64,000 bases of DNA, from the NCBI RefSeq assembly GCF_018977255.1, contig NW_024704743.1, forward strand, positions 2,606,001-2,670,000, read 5' to 3'. Source of the DNA: Callorhinchus milii. Its lineage: Eukaryota. This document shows, piece by piece, positions 39,743 through 52,700 of this stretch (positions within the stretch are counted from its first letter, which is position 1; each line of letters opens with the position of its first letter). The notes under the pieces are model-generated. The model was not told the DNA's origin, did no database searches, and was given only the letters and a program-made list of their open reading frames with translations. Position numbers and translations under genes: made by a program.

Positions 39743-40140
39743 GTAATAATAATAATCCTTGTATTTGATATAACGCCTTATCACATCTTTGAGACGTCTC
39801 AAAGCGCTTCCCACAATAATAATAATAATAATCCTTGCATTTGATATAGCGCTTTTCACGTCGGGAGGACGTCCCAAAGCGCTTCACAGAATATACTGTA
39901 AAGTGAATTGACTCTGTATTTTGAGGGAGAAATGCAGCAGCCTATTGCACACAGCAGCGTCTCATGGATAAGTCAAACAGTCATGGATCGAGTGACCAAA
40001 TTTTATTTTTTAAAAAGGGATTATTACTTTGGAAAAGTAATCCGCCAATCATCCAACAACCGGGTTTTTACTTAATGCTAGTTAAACAGAGGCGAGATTG
40101 TGGAGTAAGGAAAGTTGCCCAACGTTTCACCCTGCCCGGG
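39743..40140 (-). mobile_element. Long-type SINE with a second, short-type tail inside it
   Basis: Two successive reverse-complement tails (39743-39814 and 39815-~39890), then a long-type body. Confidence 0.85.
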
Positions 40141-40397
40141 ATGAATATGAGGAATGACTTGATACGTTAGGGCTCTACAGCTTGGAAAGACATTTCAGAG
40201 GCAACCTTATAGAGATATAAAACGCTTTGAGATGTTCTAAGTTAAAAGTACTATACAAGTGCAAGTTGTTATATAATAAGGGTCTCCAACTGTTTGATCG
40301 TCTTCTTGGAGAGTCAAGAGATGGCCTGCCAAACACCTGCACCCACCCCAGTCCAGGCAAATCAATACCTTGTTTCCAGTAGCTACTGAACCACATT

Positions 40398-40713
40398 AGC
40401 TCAGTGGTTAGAGCACTCGCCTCACAAGCGAGAGGACCCGAGTTTGATTCCTGGGCAGGACGAAACCTTGAGCAATGTTAATCAATTGGCGGATCGCTTT
40501 ACCGGAGGTAATAATTCCTTCAGAATATAATAATGATAATAATTTGGTCACTTAATCCACGGCTGTTTGTGGGGACGCTGCTGTGCGCAATTGGCTGCCG
40601 CATTTCACCCACAAAATACATAGTCAATTCACTTTACAGTATATTCTGTGAAGCGCTTTGAGACGTCTTGAATACGTGGTAAGGCGCTATATCAAATGCC
40701 AGCTTATTATTAT
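40398..40713 (+). mobile_element. Long-type SINE with an internal deletion
   Basis: tRNA head, body and (TTA)n tail. Confidence 0.88.
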
Positions 40714-41339
40714 CGACTTATTCCCTCTTTACGCCTTCTAAACACTGGGCATCAGCCTCATTTTGCTCCTGTGAACTCTGGGGTCTGAATGACCTACTTA
40801 TGTCACAGTGAGCAGAAGTGTTAGCAGTCACTGCATTGGGCTCAGGTGCAGCCTGACCAGACAACTCTACAGCCTGAGCTTCACCTCTGGGGATCTGAAA
40901 TAGACTAATCTGGCAATTAGTCAACTCTGTAAATACGGTTATGTTTATCGCCAGCATTTTAAGCTTTTCCTGGATCTTTGCCAAACTAAGGTAAGTGTTT
41001 TTTTCACTTTAGCATCTGGGTCCCTTTCAGAAAGAGACACGTGTGGATCTATTGGCTATCCTGTTGTCAACAGTCCACCTTGGATAATGCACCTTTCCTT
41101 TCAGGGTAGGCTGAACAAATGTTTAGCCAAAACATTTTACTCGTTACAATAACAGAATACGTTAGGAAAGCACAAAGATATAGACAAAACATTTTCTTTT
41201 TTCTGTTAATGTTTTTTATCTCTACTCCTTCCCTGAAGGATTATTATTATCGAGTCATTCCTCTCTTGACGCCTTCTAAACACTGGGCATCAGCCTCATT
41301 TTGCTCCTGTGAACTCTGGGGTCTGAATGACCTACTTAT
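40704..41339 (+). repeat. ~98-bp direct duplication (40704-40801 / 41241-41339)
   Basis: 71-bp identical core (40731-40801 = 41269-41339), each copy preceded by TTATTATTATCGA. Confidence 0.95.
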
Positions 41340-44300
41340 ATCTTTGACTTGGGTTCTGAGGGTAGAAAAATGGCCAACATGTCTGGAGGATTGATGGCTA
41401 GGACACTGGGAGAAACGTCCTTCTCTTTTCAATACAGTATTACATAAGAACATAAGAATTAGGAGCAGGAGTAGGCCATTCGGCCCCTCGAGCCTGTGCC
41501 CCGCCATTCGATAAGATCATGGCTGATCTTCAGACCTAACTCTAATTACCTGCCCTATCCCCATATCTCCTAATCCCTCTGTATTGAGGTCTTTAACGTT
41601 GAACGATCTGCCGACAGGTTCTCGGTTTAACATCTCATCCAAAAACTGAAACTGGCAATTGCTCTCCCCTGGTACTGCACTGGAACCATAGCCTATTCTA
41701 TGAGTACAATTCCCGACAGCCTTCTAACCCAGAGGTGAAGATGCTATCAACTGAGCCAGGCTGCCGCCTAGTCTACCCTAGGTATAGAATCATAGAATCT
41801 TACACAAAGAAGGAGGCCTTTCGGCCCATTGTACCTGTACCGGCTCTTTCGGAAAAACTACCAACTAGTCCTGCTCCCCCACTCTTTCCCCATATTCCTT
41901 GCATGTTTCAGATGGTTTTATTTCTCTAAACTGTAAATCTCTCTGCAATGGTTCCCTGAAAATGTTTGAGAATTCACCTTCTCCTTAGTTGAAAGCTGTT
42001 GTTTTGGGCTGCAATTGGTGCCAATTGCTAATTATCCTCCCCAGTGAAGGTTTAGGGGGAGAATAGAGGCACTTGTTTTTATTTGTCGTTCGTGTGCGAG
42101 ATTTATAAACTTGAAAACTACTCCACAGTTAGCAAGAGAATTTAGCAAAACCGTCTCTGTCACTGGCAGTGTAGCCTTAGCAGGAATAAATCCCTGACTG
42201 TCCAGCACCTTGGGACGTCCTTCTGATGTGGAAAGGCACCATACAAATGTAATTTGTAATAACCTCAATTCTGGTTATATCAAGAAGTACATCTCTGTTC
42301 GAACAGGGCAACATGCAGATAGAGAGTATGATAGCTGTGGGACGCTGCTGTCCGCAATTGGCTGCCACGTTTTGCCCACAAAGTACACAGTCAATTCACT
42401 TTACAGTGTATCCTATGAAGCGCTTTAAGACGTTTCAATGACCTGATAAGGCGCTGTATCAGATGTAAGTATTGTTATTCTTTCAATAAAGAGCTTTCCG
42501 ATCAATTCACCAGTTAAGCAGCATTCCTTTCCATGCTATGCCCATAAACCCGGGGCCAAGGCTTGAGGGCTGTGGGGCTCAGGTCCTACATCCTCCTATG
42601 TCAGTCAGGTTTTCTGGGCATTCCAATTCTCCTGCTATTCCCTGACGCATGTCGAAGCCATTCATGTGAAATGGGTTGAGCCCATTTGGAGCAATCGCCT
42701 TAATGCTTGGCACTGGTTACAATCCCAATCAGCACTGATGCACTCACTGCAGGAAGCAGCCAATCAACTGCCAAAGGGAATGCTGCTCTTCCCAGTGAAT
42801 TTAAGGTGTTGTCTCAACATCTGCTCAGATTTTGTGAAATCCTGTGTTTTTTTTGTCTCTTGTTACTAATAGCAATAATCCCTACACTTGCTGTAATGCC
42901 TTTCATGTCATGAGGACATCTCATAAAATTTGTGTCTATGACAATCCACTATGTCACCAGTCGGGGCCAAAGCCTTAGGCAAGTTTCCTAACACACGCCT
43001 CTGTTTATCCAGCGGTGAGTAGGGACTCTGTTGTTAAGTTGATTGGCGGATCTCTTTTCCGTGGATAATAATCCTAACAGAATCAACACTTTCTCCTTCC
43101 ACCGTCTCCCTAGGGGGCCTGTTCTTCACATTGATACTCGCTATTTGAAGTAGTGTTTCTGGAATTATTATTTCTCCGGACGTGTCTTGCAACAAGTAGC
43201 GATTGACCTCGCCAATAGGAACGAGCGTGGTGACCACGCACAGGAACGGCTGCCCACTGTGCTGAACTCTCTAGGATTATATTCCTGCTCCTGAGCATGG
43301 AGCTGTGCCCCCACCCCCACATGTCGGAGAGATTGACTTGTTGAATTTATTATTAGAGTTCGCTGTATGTTCCCCCTTTAGAGCTCTTGAGTGAAAATCA
43401 AGAACAGGTGGTAACTTGACTGCCAAGAGATGGTGATGGGCGTTCTGTTCACAGGAGGTATTGGCAACCTCAGATACCCTACCCGAGCTCTCAGCTGTGA
43501 TTTGTTGTGCAATACTGGATTCAGTCAGAGATTCAGTCAGAGTTTGAGATGAGCCTGGGTCGGGTATGTAAATAGCGTTGGCTGACAACCAAGAACAGGT
43601 CTCATTTCCTCACAAGATGTTGAATTTGTGGGACACTGCTGTGCGCAATTGTCTCAAAGCGCCTCACAGGATAGACTGACTGTATAAGTGAACTGACTGT
43701 ATATTGTGAAAACCCACAATTGGTTACTGTTAACCACGCCAGACTTTCTGCTCACAATTTTCTGCTTCAGGAAATGTACTGAACATGTCCTTGGTATTGA
43801 AATGTCTCAAAGCGCTTCACAGCTTTTACTGTAGTGATTGCCTATTTGATATGGGTTTTTGCAAGTGACCAAAAAACCCTTCCCAATATTGCTTTTGTTC
43901 GCTGTTGTCCATTTGCACTTTTAACCTTTCAAACAAAGCCTCTTCGTTGCCAACCCCACCTTCTCCCACAATAAGCTTCAAGTCCTCCTGACGTGAAAAA
44001 CGCTATACAAATATAATTTCTTGTTGTTATTGTGTGTTCACAAGCTGCCAAAAGGTCAACACGGTTGAACTTTGCAGTCCGAATCTCACAACCGAAGCAT
44101 GCAGACGAAGAATAAAATTACATTCTGAATTTGACATGGAATGTTTCTCAAGACTACGATTACAGAGCAAACAAAAGTCATGCTTCTGTGATTCTGAAAT
44201 TCCAAGGTTTTGACCTTGATAACTGCAGGCGGAGGGAGAGCCAAACCTTTTCTGACGTCCTTGATTTCCAGTAATGGAAAAACAACTTGGGAAGCTATTG

Positions 44301-44399
44301 CCCCTCTGTGGGAAATGGCATGAATCATCCTGCAGCTACAATTGGAATTTTAAACGGTTCCATTACTTATAAGCAAAATTGCATCAATACTCTGAGTTC

Positions 44400-44800
44400 A
44401 TATAGAATCACAGAATCTTACAGCACAGAAGGCCATTGAATCTGCTTCACCAGCCTTTCAGGCCTTGCATTCCAGACCGTAACAATTCTCTAGGTACAAA
44501 AATATCTCCTCGTCTCCCCTCTGCTTTTTTTTGCCAATTATCTTGAATCTGTGTTCTCTGTTCACTCACCCACCCGCCAGAGGAAACGGTTCCTCCCTAT
44601 CTACGCTTTTTAAAAAAAAACTCATAATTGTGAAGACCTCTATTAAATCTCCCCTTAACCTTCTCTGCTCTAAGGAGAACAATTCTAGTCTCTCCACATA
44701 ATTGTAGTCCCTCATCACTGGTATAATTCTGGTAAATATCCTTCCAACCCTCTCCAAGGTCTGGACATCCTTAAAGTGTGGTGCCCGGAATTGAACACAA
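44400..44800 (-). mobile_element. CR1 3' fragment
   Basis: ORF 44566-44757 (LFSLEQRRLRGDLIEVF) plus the CATAGAATCACAGAA 3' end. Confidence 0.85.
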
Positions 44801-46359
44801 TTGAATAGTTAGGCTGAGCCATTTGTAAATAGTTTTGTTCTTGATCGGTTTGAGATTTCGAAATGGGGTTAATCTCCACCAACTTGTCCACACGCCTGCG
44901 GTGAATTTACAGATGGTTTTTACAACTGTCTGCTTGCTGCGTGCTGTAACATCTTTGAATTTACTAAGACGAATTCGTAACTCGCTATTTTAAAAAAAAA
45001 ACATTTATGCCCTTAGGCAGTAACACTTTCAAGCAGTGAATTTTTGAGTCCATTTTCCTCGCAATGTTTTTTTTAAAGTCAGCCTAACCTCTGAGCAAGA
45101 TGATTGCTAGAATTGTTTGAGCAACTGCTATACTGCTCAACCTCATTTAAACATAAGACATCAGTCAGGAAAAGCACTGGAGGGATTCACAGAAAATACT
45201 GTAAAGTGAATTGACGGTACATTTTGTGCGATTCACTTTACGGTATACACTGTGAAATGCTTGAGGACATCTCGAAGACGTGATAAGGCGCTATATCAAA
45301 TGCAAGGAGACAGTGAGACTATACAATGAGACTGAAAGACCCTGTTGCAGGCGCAGGAGCAAAGAAATCACAAGTTGGTGACTGCAGATGTCTTTGGACT
45401 AAACTATGTCAATGTAGTAGGGCCATCGACTCGCAAACGCTTCTGCAATGGCGATAATCATGACATCCTCCCTGATATGTGGTACCTTGAATTATTTTCA
45501 GTGAATTATTGATCAATTGTTTTCATGCAACATACAAATAATCTGTTGAAGGGCATTAAAAATATCGTTGGCTGAATTACCACGTTTTTGCAACGGCCCA
45601 GTTTAATGTGAGCTGAACCAGGGCGGGCGTATGTGTCAGTGGGGACCAGGGAGTAATTAAATTCCAATGTCAAATCCTAATTTTACTGCAAATTTGTAGT
45701 GTACTTGTGTGGCCCTCCCCTCGCTTGAAATTTCACCAGAACAGCAATAAAGTCATTCATAGAAATGTGACCATAACAGTCTCTCAACTCTTTTTAAAGA
45801 TAATAGTATATGCTACAATCTGCTTCCGTCCCTGTATTTTGACTTAAATACAATGTGGAACAAGTTGGTTGGATTTCGATTTGCAATTTGGTTTAAATAG
45901 GCAGCAGATTTAATATTCAACTTGCGTTTCAAAAATAGCTTTGCACAGTGTCTCATCAGTCTGCTGCTTTTAATGCAGAAATGAGGGCTGCAAGGTTAAT
46001 CAGTGGTACATTGCTATGCAAAGGTTGTGTGGATTTGAATTCATAATGTAGTAAATCCTTCTTAATTGTGTACCCCATAATTCCATATCTTATTTGCATA
46101 CATTTTCAATCCACCAGAGCAATACGAACGAGGTCATTGTTAATGTAGGATTCTTCTGATGCACTTTCAAAATAGTTGTACAGTAACAATTCCTTTCATT
46201 TGGATATAACACCTCATTCCCGTCTTCGAGACGTCTCAATGCGCTTCACAGAATACACTGTCCAGCGAATTGACTGTGTATTTTGTGGACAAAACGTGGC
46301 GGCCGAACGCACACAGCAGCGTCCCCACAAACAGCCGTGGATTGAGTGACTGCATTTTT

Positions 46360-46400
<41 letters not shown>

Positions 46401-46704
46401 TTCGGGATATTATCACCGGTGATACTATTATTATCATGTATCGCATTTTTTTCTCGACGGCCCCTCCCCCCCCTTTTACGTTTCCTCAAGGCCCGGGTGC
46501 ACCAACACAACCCCAAGGTAACGACGCACAACTGACCTTTTTTTATTCTGAACAACAACTTGCGTTTATATTGCTTCGTGTCCTCTTCACGTGTGACAGC
46601 GCGTCGAGGCGCTTCGAGGGCTTCAGGGCAGCTTTTGCGAGCGTCACGTGGGCCAAAAATGTGAGCTAAATGTCCACTGTGTGGGGTCTTTGCTCTTGTT
46701 CCAG

Positions 46705-46914
46705 GTGTGGAGGATGTGCAGGCCTTGGCCATCGAGCAGAGACGCCGTGGGCACCAAGCCTCGCCGGCCAGCGTATCCCACACCCACTCCTCCGGGTACC
46801 AGGACTTCACCACCCCCTCCAGACTGACCTACCGCATGGACGAGCGGGAGGGCCGGGGCTCCGTGGCAATGACCAGCGGCTCCCGCGACGAGGCAGCAGA
46901 TCCCCATCCAACAG
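46705..46914 (+). CDS. DNAJB6: DNAJB6 exon 9, isoform a (GVEDVQALAIEQRRRGHQASP...DPHPT)
   Basis: TTGTTCCAG|GT acceptor, CAG|GTGTGA donor. 210 nt, phase 1-1. The start aligns with human GVADDDALAEERMRRG. Confidence 0.88.
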
Positions 46915-47419
46915 GTGTGATTCCGAGGCACGCAAACAGACAAGGAATTGGATTGGAAAATCCCGATCGAAATAAGCACAGCAACCGCCCCTCACACGAG
47001 GTGTGTCACTGCTGCTCAGTGTGTTAGCCCCTAACTGCCCCAGCTGGGCGCCTTCGCTAGTTGGCTTGGCTCGGTTTGCGATGTCGGGTTGGGGTTCCTG
47101 CTGGACCAGGCTTTATGTTCTGGGGACAAGGGGTGGATTTATACTCAAAGGGATTGTGTGAGGCGATAGTTCTCGGCCAAGCAGAACGTTGATGAGCAAG
47201 TAAGTGGTCTCTGGCTCTAGTCAGTTTAATATACAGGGGATTCCACCCCGACTCTCACTCAGGTACAGTGCTCCTCGCTGTCGCTGGCAGTCACTAACCC
47301 CAACTCCGGCTCTGACCAGCTGCTTGACTCGCTGTTCGCTGCTCTAAACAATAACTCGCTTCGGACATCCGGCTGCTGTTGATGTTAATTCCTTCACGTG
47401 CGTGTACGTGCGCTTCCAT

Positions 47420-47560
47420 CACTTCCTGTACACACTACGCGCAGGAAGCGCAGCTGACACCACGTCCTGTACACACTATGCGCAGGAAGCGCAGCCGACA
47501 CCACTTCCTGTACACACTATGCGCAGGAAGCGCAGCCGACATAATTTCCTGTACACACGC
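47420..47560. repeat. 41-bp tandem repeat x ~3.4 with internal inverted symmetry
   Basis: CACTTCCTGTACACACTAYGCGCAGGAAGCGCAGCYGACAC units at 47420, 47461 and 47502. Confidence 0.95.
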
Positions 47561-48337
47561 TGACATCACCTGGTTATCGTTGGTCACTCAGAATGTGCAG
47601 ACACTGAGACACTGGACACAGATTGTATTTAAAACAAACGAAGCCATTGAGTTAAGTTGCACTTACAGTTCAGTATAAAGATGACCAGAAGTGCGGTATT
47701 GATCAGGTGAAGAGGAGAGCGGTTAAAACCAGAAACACATCTCCTTTTGAAGTATACTGAGAGGAAATGGCTTTATTGGGTGATTCAGGAATCTCCAATC
47801 GTCCTGGTGCAGCTCAACACCTGAAACACGGATCATAAACAAAGGGCTTATTCTCTTAAAGAAAACCACCACAGGTCCTGAGTAGCTTTGCCTCATCTCC
47901 TGCCGTGACGCTGTAAAGTTGTGGCTTTTTGGCCATTCTCTCTCACTCTCTCCCGTGATCAGTAGCCTTGTGCTGTGCTGGTGTGTCTCTGGAGGGTAAT
48001 TAGTGAAGCCTATTAGTGTAAAGTGCCACCAGGAGTGCGTTGGGGCCCACCATTGGAAGCAAGTGCGGTGAGCCTGAGGGAGGCACAGGGCGGGTTGTGG
48101 AGGTTCACAACTTGTCAACAGTGGAGAGCGGAACAAATCTAAGCAAGGAGCTGTTTGCAGACCAGGCCTAGCCCCTGGGGAGGACCCACTGGATGACAGT
48201 AACGATGCTTTAGCTACACAGTTTGTTTCCAGCAAGCCTCCTCCACATGCAATGGCCCCTGTGTCCCAGTATGCCCTGCGTTACTATCTCTAGTCCCAGG
48301 GTGGTTATGAACAGAGAATGGATTTCAGGTCATTCAG

Positions 48338-48680
48338 GTGGAGTCCTGTAGCTCAGTGGTCAGAGGCCTCACAAGCGAGAGGACCCGGCTTCGATTCCCG
48401 GGCAGGTCAGGGCAAAACATTGGGAGAGTTTCCTTTCTCCACACACACACACACACATGCCTCTGTTTACCAGCAGTCAGTAGGAACCCGGTTGTTAGTC
48501 GATTGGCTAACTCGATTATTCAAATCGAGTCGATTCGAATAATCCCTTCAAAAAAAATAATATTTGTCACTCAATCCACGACTGTTTATGGGACACTGAA
48601 TCGTGGCAACCAATTGCACACGGCAGTGTCCCACAAACAGTCATGAATTGACTGACCAAATCTTTTTTAAAGGGATTATT
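48338..48680 (+). mobile_element. Long-type SINE 5' part joined to an inverted SINE segment (fold-back)
   Basis: + strand head and body to 48598, then reverse-complement body at ~48602-48680. Confidence 0.85.
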
Positions 48681-49300
48681 ACATTGTGTTGATTGTTCAT
48701 TTAAATGGCTTCAGTGGTAACGTTCCTCCCCATAGCCCATATAAGGTGCACTGACCTGCAGTAAGGCAGTGACATAATCTCTGCTCTAGATTTTCACGAG
48801 ATGAATATAATCTTATTTTAGGATTTTTGTGACTGCGGCTGAGCAGAGCTGTGCAGCCAGTTAGAGCCTTATCCACTTGTGCGATAGACACTGAGGGAAA
48901 GCAGTGAGCAGTGGACATTGTGATAATTAATTAGAAGCAGAAATATCCTTCGAAGGTGTGTCAAATCTTCTCTATCTGGATGATTGGCAGTTTGGCCATT
49001 TGTTTTTTGAACCTTTTCCTCCTCGACTGCCCCAGCGCAGGGCTGGGGAAGTGCTGGATTGTCAGAGGAGCCATTGCTGGCGTCCTGTGATGGGTAAGTG
49101 TCTGTCTGAGGCACACACGCACTTTACAGAGGAATCTGGTCGATTTCCATGGCTCTGAACCCAAGCCTGCATTCTCTTAAGCGTAGACAATCAGGGCTGA
49201 CTAAATAAAGGAGACTCATTAACTGTAGCAGTAGTGAAGCCTGCATGTGATGTGTGTTATGATGGTGATGAGTTTTACGCAAACGCCAATGTTTTCTCAG

Positions 49301-49383
49301 GCCAGAAAGGAGGAGGCAAGTGGAAGAAGCACCGACACAAAGAAGAGCAAAAGAAGAAAACGACAGCAAAAATGAAGCCTTAG
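49301..49383 (+). CDS. DNAJB6: DNAJB6 exon 10, isoform a terminal exon (GQKGGGKWKKHRHKEEQKKKTTAKMKP*)
   Basis: TTTTCTCAG|GC acceptor, TAG at 49381-49383. The basic tail aligns without gaps to human [27 protein letters not shown]. Isoform a totals 966 nt = 321 aa + stop. Confidence 0.9.
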
Positions 49384-49700
49384 TGGTGAGGTGCAGTGGC
49401 TGACCTATGACCTGGAGCAGAATGCAGTTATTTTTAACGATACTTGGCGCGACCTATTGGAATTTGAATTAAAAACAAAGTACAACATTAGAGTGTTTTT
49501 TGTGTGTGTGTGCGTGGGTGTGTGTGACATTTTTGCGCCCAAATTTTTAGTCTCCTAAACTGACGTGGCTTCAGTTAAGAGTTTGGCACAAAACTCCTTT
49601 TTTCTGTTACTCAGGATCGAATTTCGAGATAATAGCTATGGGGCAAAAGTATATTCAATGTCCTGATTGTCACTCATGTTAATCTGTCGGGTTTTTTTAT

Positions 49701-49783
49701 ATTAAAAAAGTATAGAATTTGAAACTTATTTGAAAAAAAAGTGAACATAAAAGGATAATGATAATAATAATAATAATAATAAA
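49701..49783 (+). terminator. DNAJB6: Candidate polyadenylation signals for isoform a
   Basis: ATTAAA at 49701-49706 and AATAAA at 49778-49783 (the latter at the end of a (TAA)n run). Confidence 0.45.
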
Positions 49784-52700
49784 ATACAATGTGGGGAAGG
49801 TCACAGTTGGAAACTAAATAAGATTCAGAAACCCGGCACATGCACGAAAGGCCAAATGGCCTCTTTCTCTGATTCTAGCACTTGAGTGTGGGTTGTATGG
49901 TGGGGTGATGTGATAATTGTCACTGGTGATGATCATGACTCGGATTAGAATGTAGCATTTTTCACTCACAACTTTTGATCCCCTTTTAGCCATTTTCCTT
50001 CTTTATAACACACTTCAGTTCTCCCAGCTGGGAGTGTAGGCCACAGATCTCGATGGGTTTCATTCCTGTAAGCAGATTAACATGAAATCAGGAAGATTGA
50101 CATTGGAGCGTTAGCCTAGACTGTGAGCTCAAAGCCCTGAGGTTGGGCTTCGATCTACCACCTTCTGCCTTGGTAACGAGGTACCATTGGTGTCTTTGAA
50201 GTGGTATCCAGCGCCTTGGGACGTCGTCCCAACGTGAAGGGCGCAATACAAATGTAATCTTGTATTGTACCAATCTCAACGTGAGCCATTGCATTCAGGA
50301 GAGAGACGAGGAGAAAGAATTGAAGATCACAAGATCGGTCTGGATGAAGAAGGCTCTTCCTTTAGTCCAACCGATCTCATCCCCCCACCCACCAACCCTA
50401 CCTACTGCCCCCCCGTGAGGAACAGATTTAAAAAGCAGCTTTAGACCCAATGTTGTTCTGTAGATCCCAGGACAGAATGAATGATTTTAGCAAATTGCAA
50501 ATGTCACCTGGTGATAGCCTGTAGGATGTTTTATATCCAATTTAAGATGATGCAGAAATGTGGCATATTTGAAAGTCTGCTTTCTTAAGAATTAAGAACA
50601 GGCTTCCGAATTAAAGAATTTTGCACAATTCTGCACAATCTAATATTTGGAGACAAAATTGTCGCTCAGGCTGAGAAGGACTAGATCCAATTTACATAAG
50701 AACATAAGAATTACTGGATGAAAGAAGACCAAGGTCCATCCAGTTCACCTTCCAGCATCCTGGTAGTCACTTAAACGTCGTGTCCCAAACTCTCCCTAAC
50801 AGAAATCGATCTAATTTCAGGCTTATTATATGTTTTCCCCACGATACCTGTCACAACCTGTGCAGTGAGGAAGCTGGAATGTTTAGCTATAAATCCCCAA
50901 CACTATACAAAGGGCTCAGAAAGTTCTTGGAAGAAATTGCTGTACAATGGACGTTATCTTAATGTTTTTCTGAAGTGGTTGAAATGAACTTCACCCACAA
51001 AACATAATCAATTCACTGTATCCTGTGAAGCGCTTTGAGACGTCTCGAAGACATGATAAGGCGCTGTATCAAATGCCAGGATTATTATTATTGTATTGTT
51101 GCCTTGAAGGGAAGACACTAAGGCCTGAATATAAAACAGTCGCAAAAAAACATTTTGTTGCTTTTAAGTGTTTCGCCCACAAAGTATACAGTCAATTTGG
51201 TTTACTGTGTATCCTGTGAAGCGCTTTGAGACGTCTTGAAGACGTGATCAGGCGCTGTATTGAATGCCGGGATTATTATAACTTCAAAAGGGGGAGCAAT
51301 GAAAGCACAAAATGACTGTTGTACTTCTCAGTTCAGTCGATATCTTTGTTGGTTTGTAACCGCTTTTTGCCGAAGCTGCGTTTCTGTTCTTGTCTCTGGG
51401 GCTCGGGCTGAATTAGGTAGTGACAATGTCACTGTCACTAAACCGGCTCCCCTCCCGGCCTCGAGGCTGTGCACTCCGTGGCTACCTCGATGTGAGTGTC
51501 CCCACGGTCTCCACCACGTGCCGATTTGGCTGTGACTCACCATCCAGACCGACATTGCAGTGTCGCTGAACTCACTCCCACGACAGCCGGGCGGTCGGAG
51601 GTGCTGTTCTTCAGATGAGACGTTAAACTGAGGCCGCGTGTGGCCATCTTGATTATAAGGAAGCTTTTCCAAGGAGAGCAGGAAGCTTTGCCCAACGTCC
51701 TGATCAATATTCTAATTCATCCAATTGCTCGTTTGCCCTTCGTTGCTCTTGGAGAGCCGTTGCCTGCGGGAGTGAATGAGCTGCCGCCTTTACAATGTAA
51801 TGAAATAAATTTCAGTGTGACTTGTGCAAAGCGCTACGAAACATTGCAACGGAATGAGACTCGGTATCAAATTGTAAACGTGTCGGAAGCTTTGAATAAA
51901 GGTGTTCAGAGAGTGTTGCACTGTCATAAGAGACGGAAACTGTTGAAATCGAACCGTGCACCAGAACTCAGTGGATGGTTTTTTCGAATCAATATCACAA
52001 CCGCTTTATTGTCAAGCTCCTCTCCTGACTATTTATAGCACAAAACGTGGGAGAACAGCACTCAACTCACTCTCACTGATTCAAACACTGAGCCTAGATT
52101 ACAGCAGGTCTTATGACAACGCCACAAGCAAAACATTATCAGCACTTGTCAGTCACTCTGTGACAAAGCTTAACGTCCCCGTTAACAAATTAGCATGTGA
52201 ATAATGCTAACCTTTGCGCTAATGCCGCCTCTCTTTGCTTTGTGCCGTATGTTTAGCAAATCTAAACTTAGCATCTTTTGTCTATTTTTTTGATGCGTAT
52301 TTGTCTGTTCTCAGCCATTTTAATTTGCCTAACAAGCCCTCATTTTGTATCACGAACGTTTGGTATGTTTAAATATTTGTTAAAATATAAGGCGCAAAGA
52401 GGGAGAAATTCCACCAAGGCCTAGACTTTCCAGTGACTGTGACACATTGTCAGAGGCTCCGCCCTTCAGATGGGACCACAGCAACAACAAATTGCATTTA
52501 TATAGAGCCTTTCATGTCAGGAGGTGTTAACTCCCACCCCCCCCCCCCCAAATAAAATTGGTCACTGACTCACTCACTCCACGACTGTTCGTGGGACATT
52601 GCTGTGTGCAAATTGGCTACCATCTTCGCCCACAACATACACAGTCACTCCACTTTACAGTGAAGCACTTTGAGACGTCCTCCCTTTATGAAAGGCGCTA

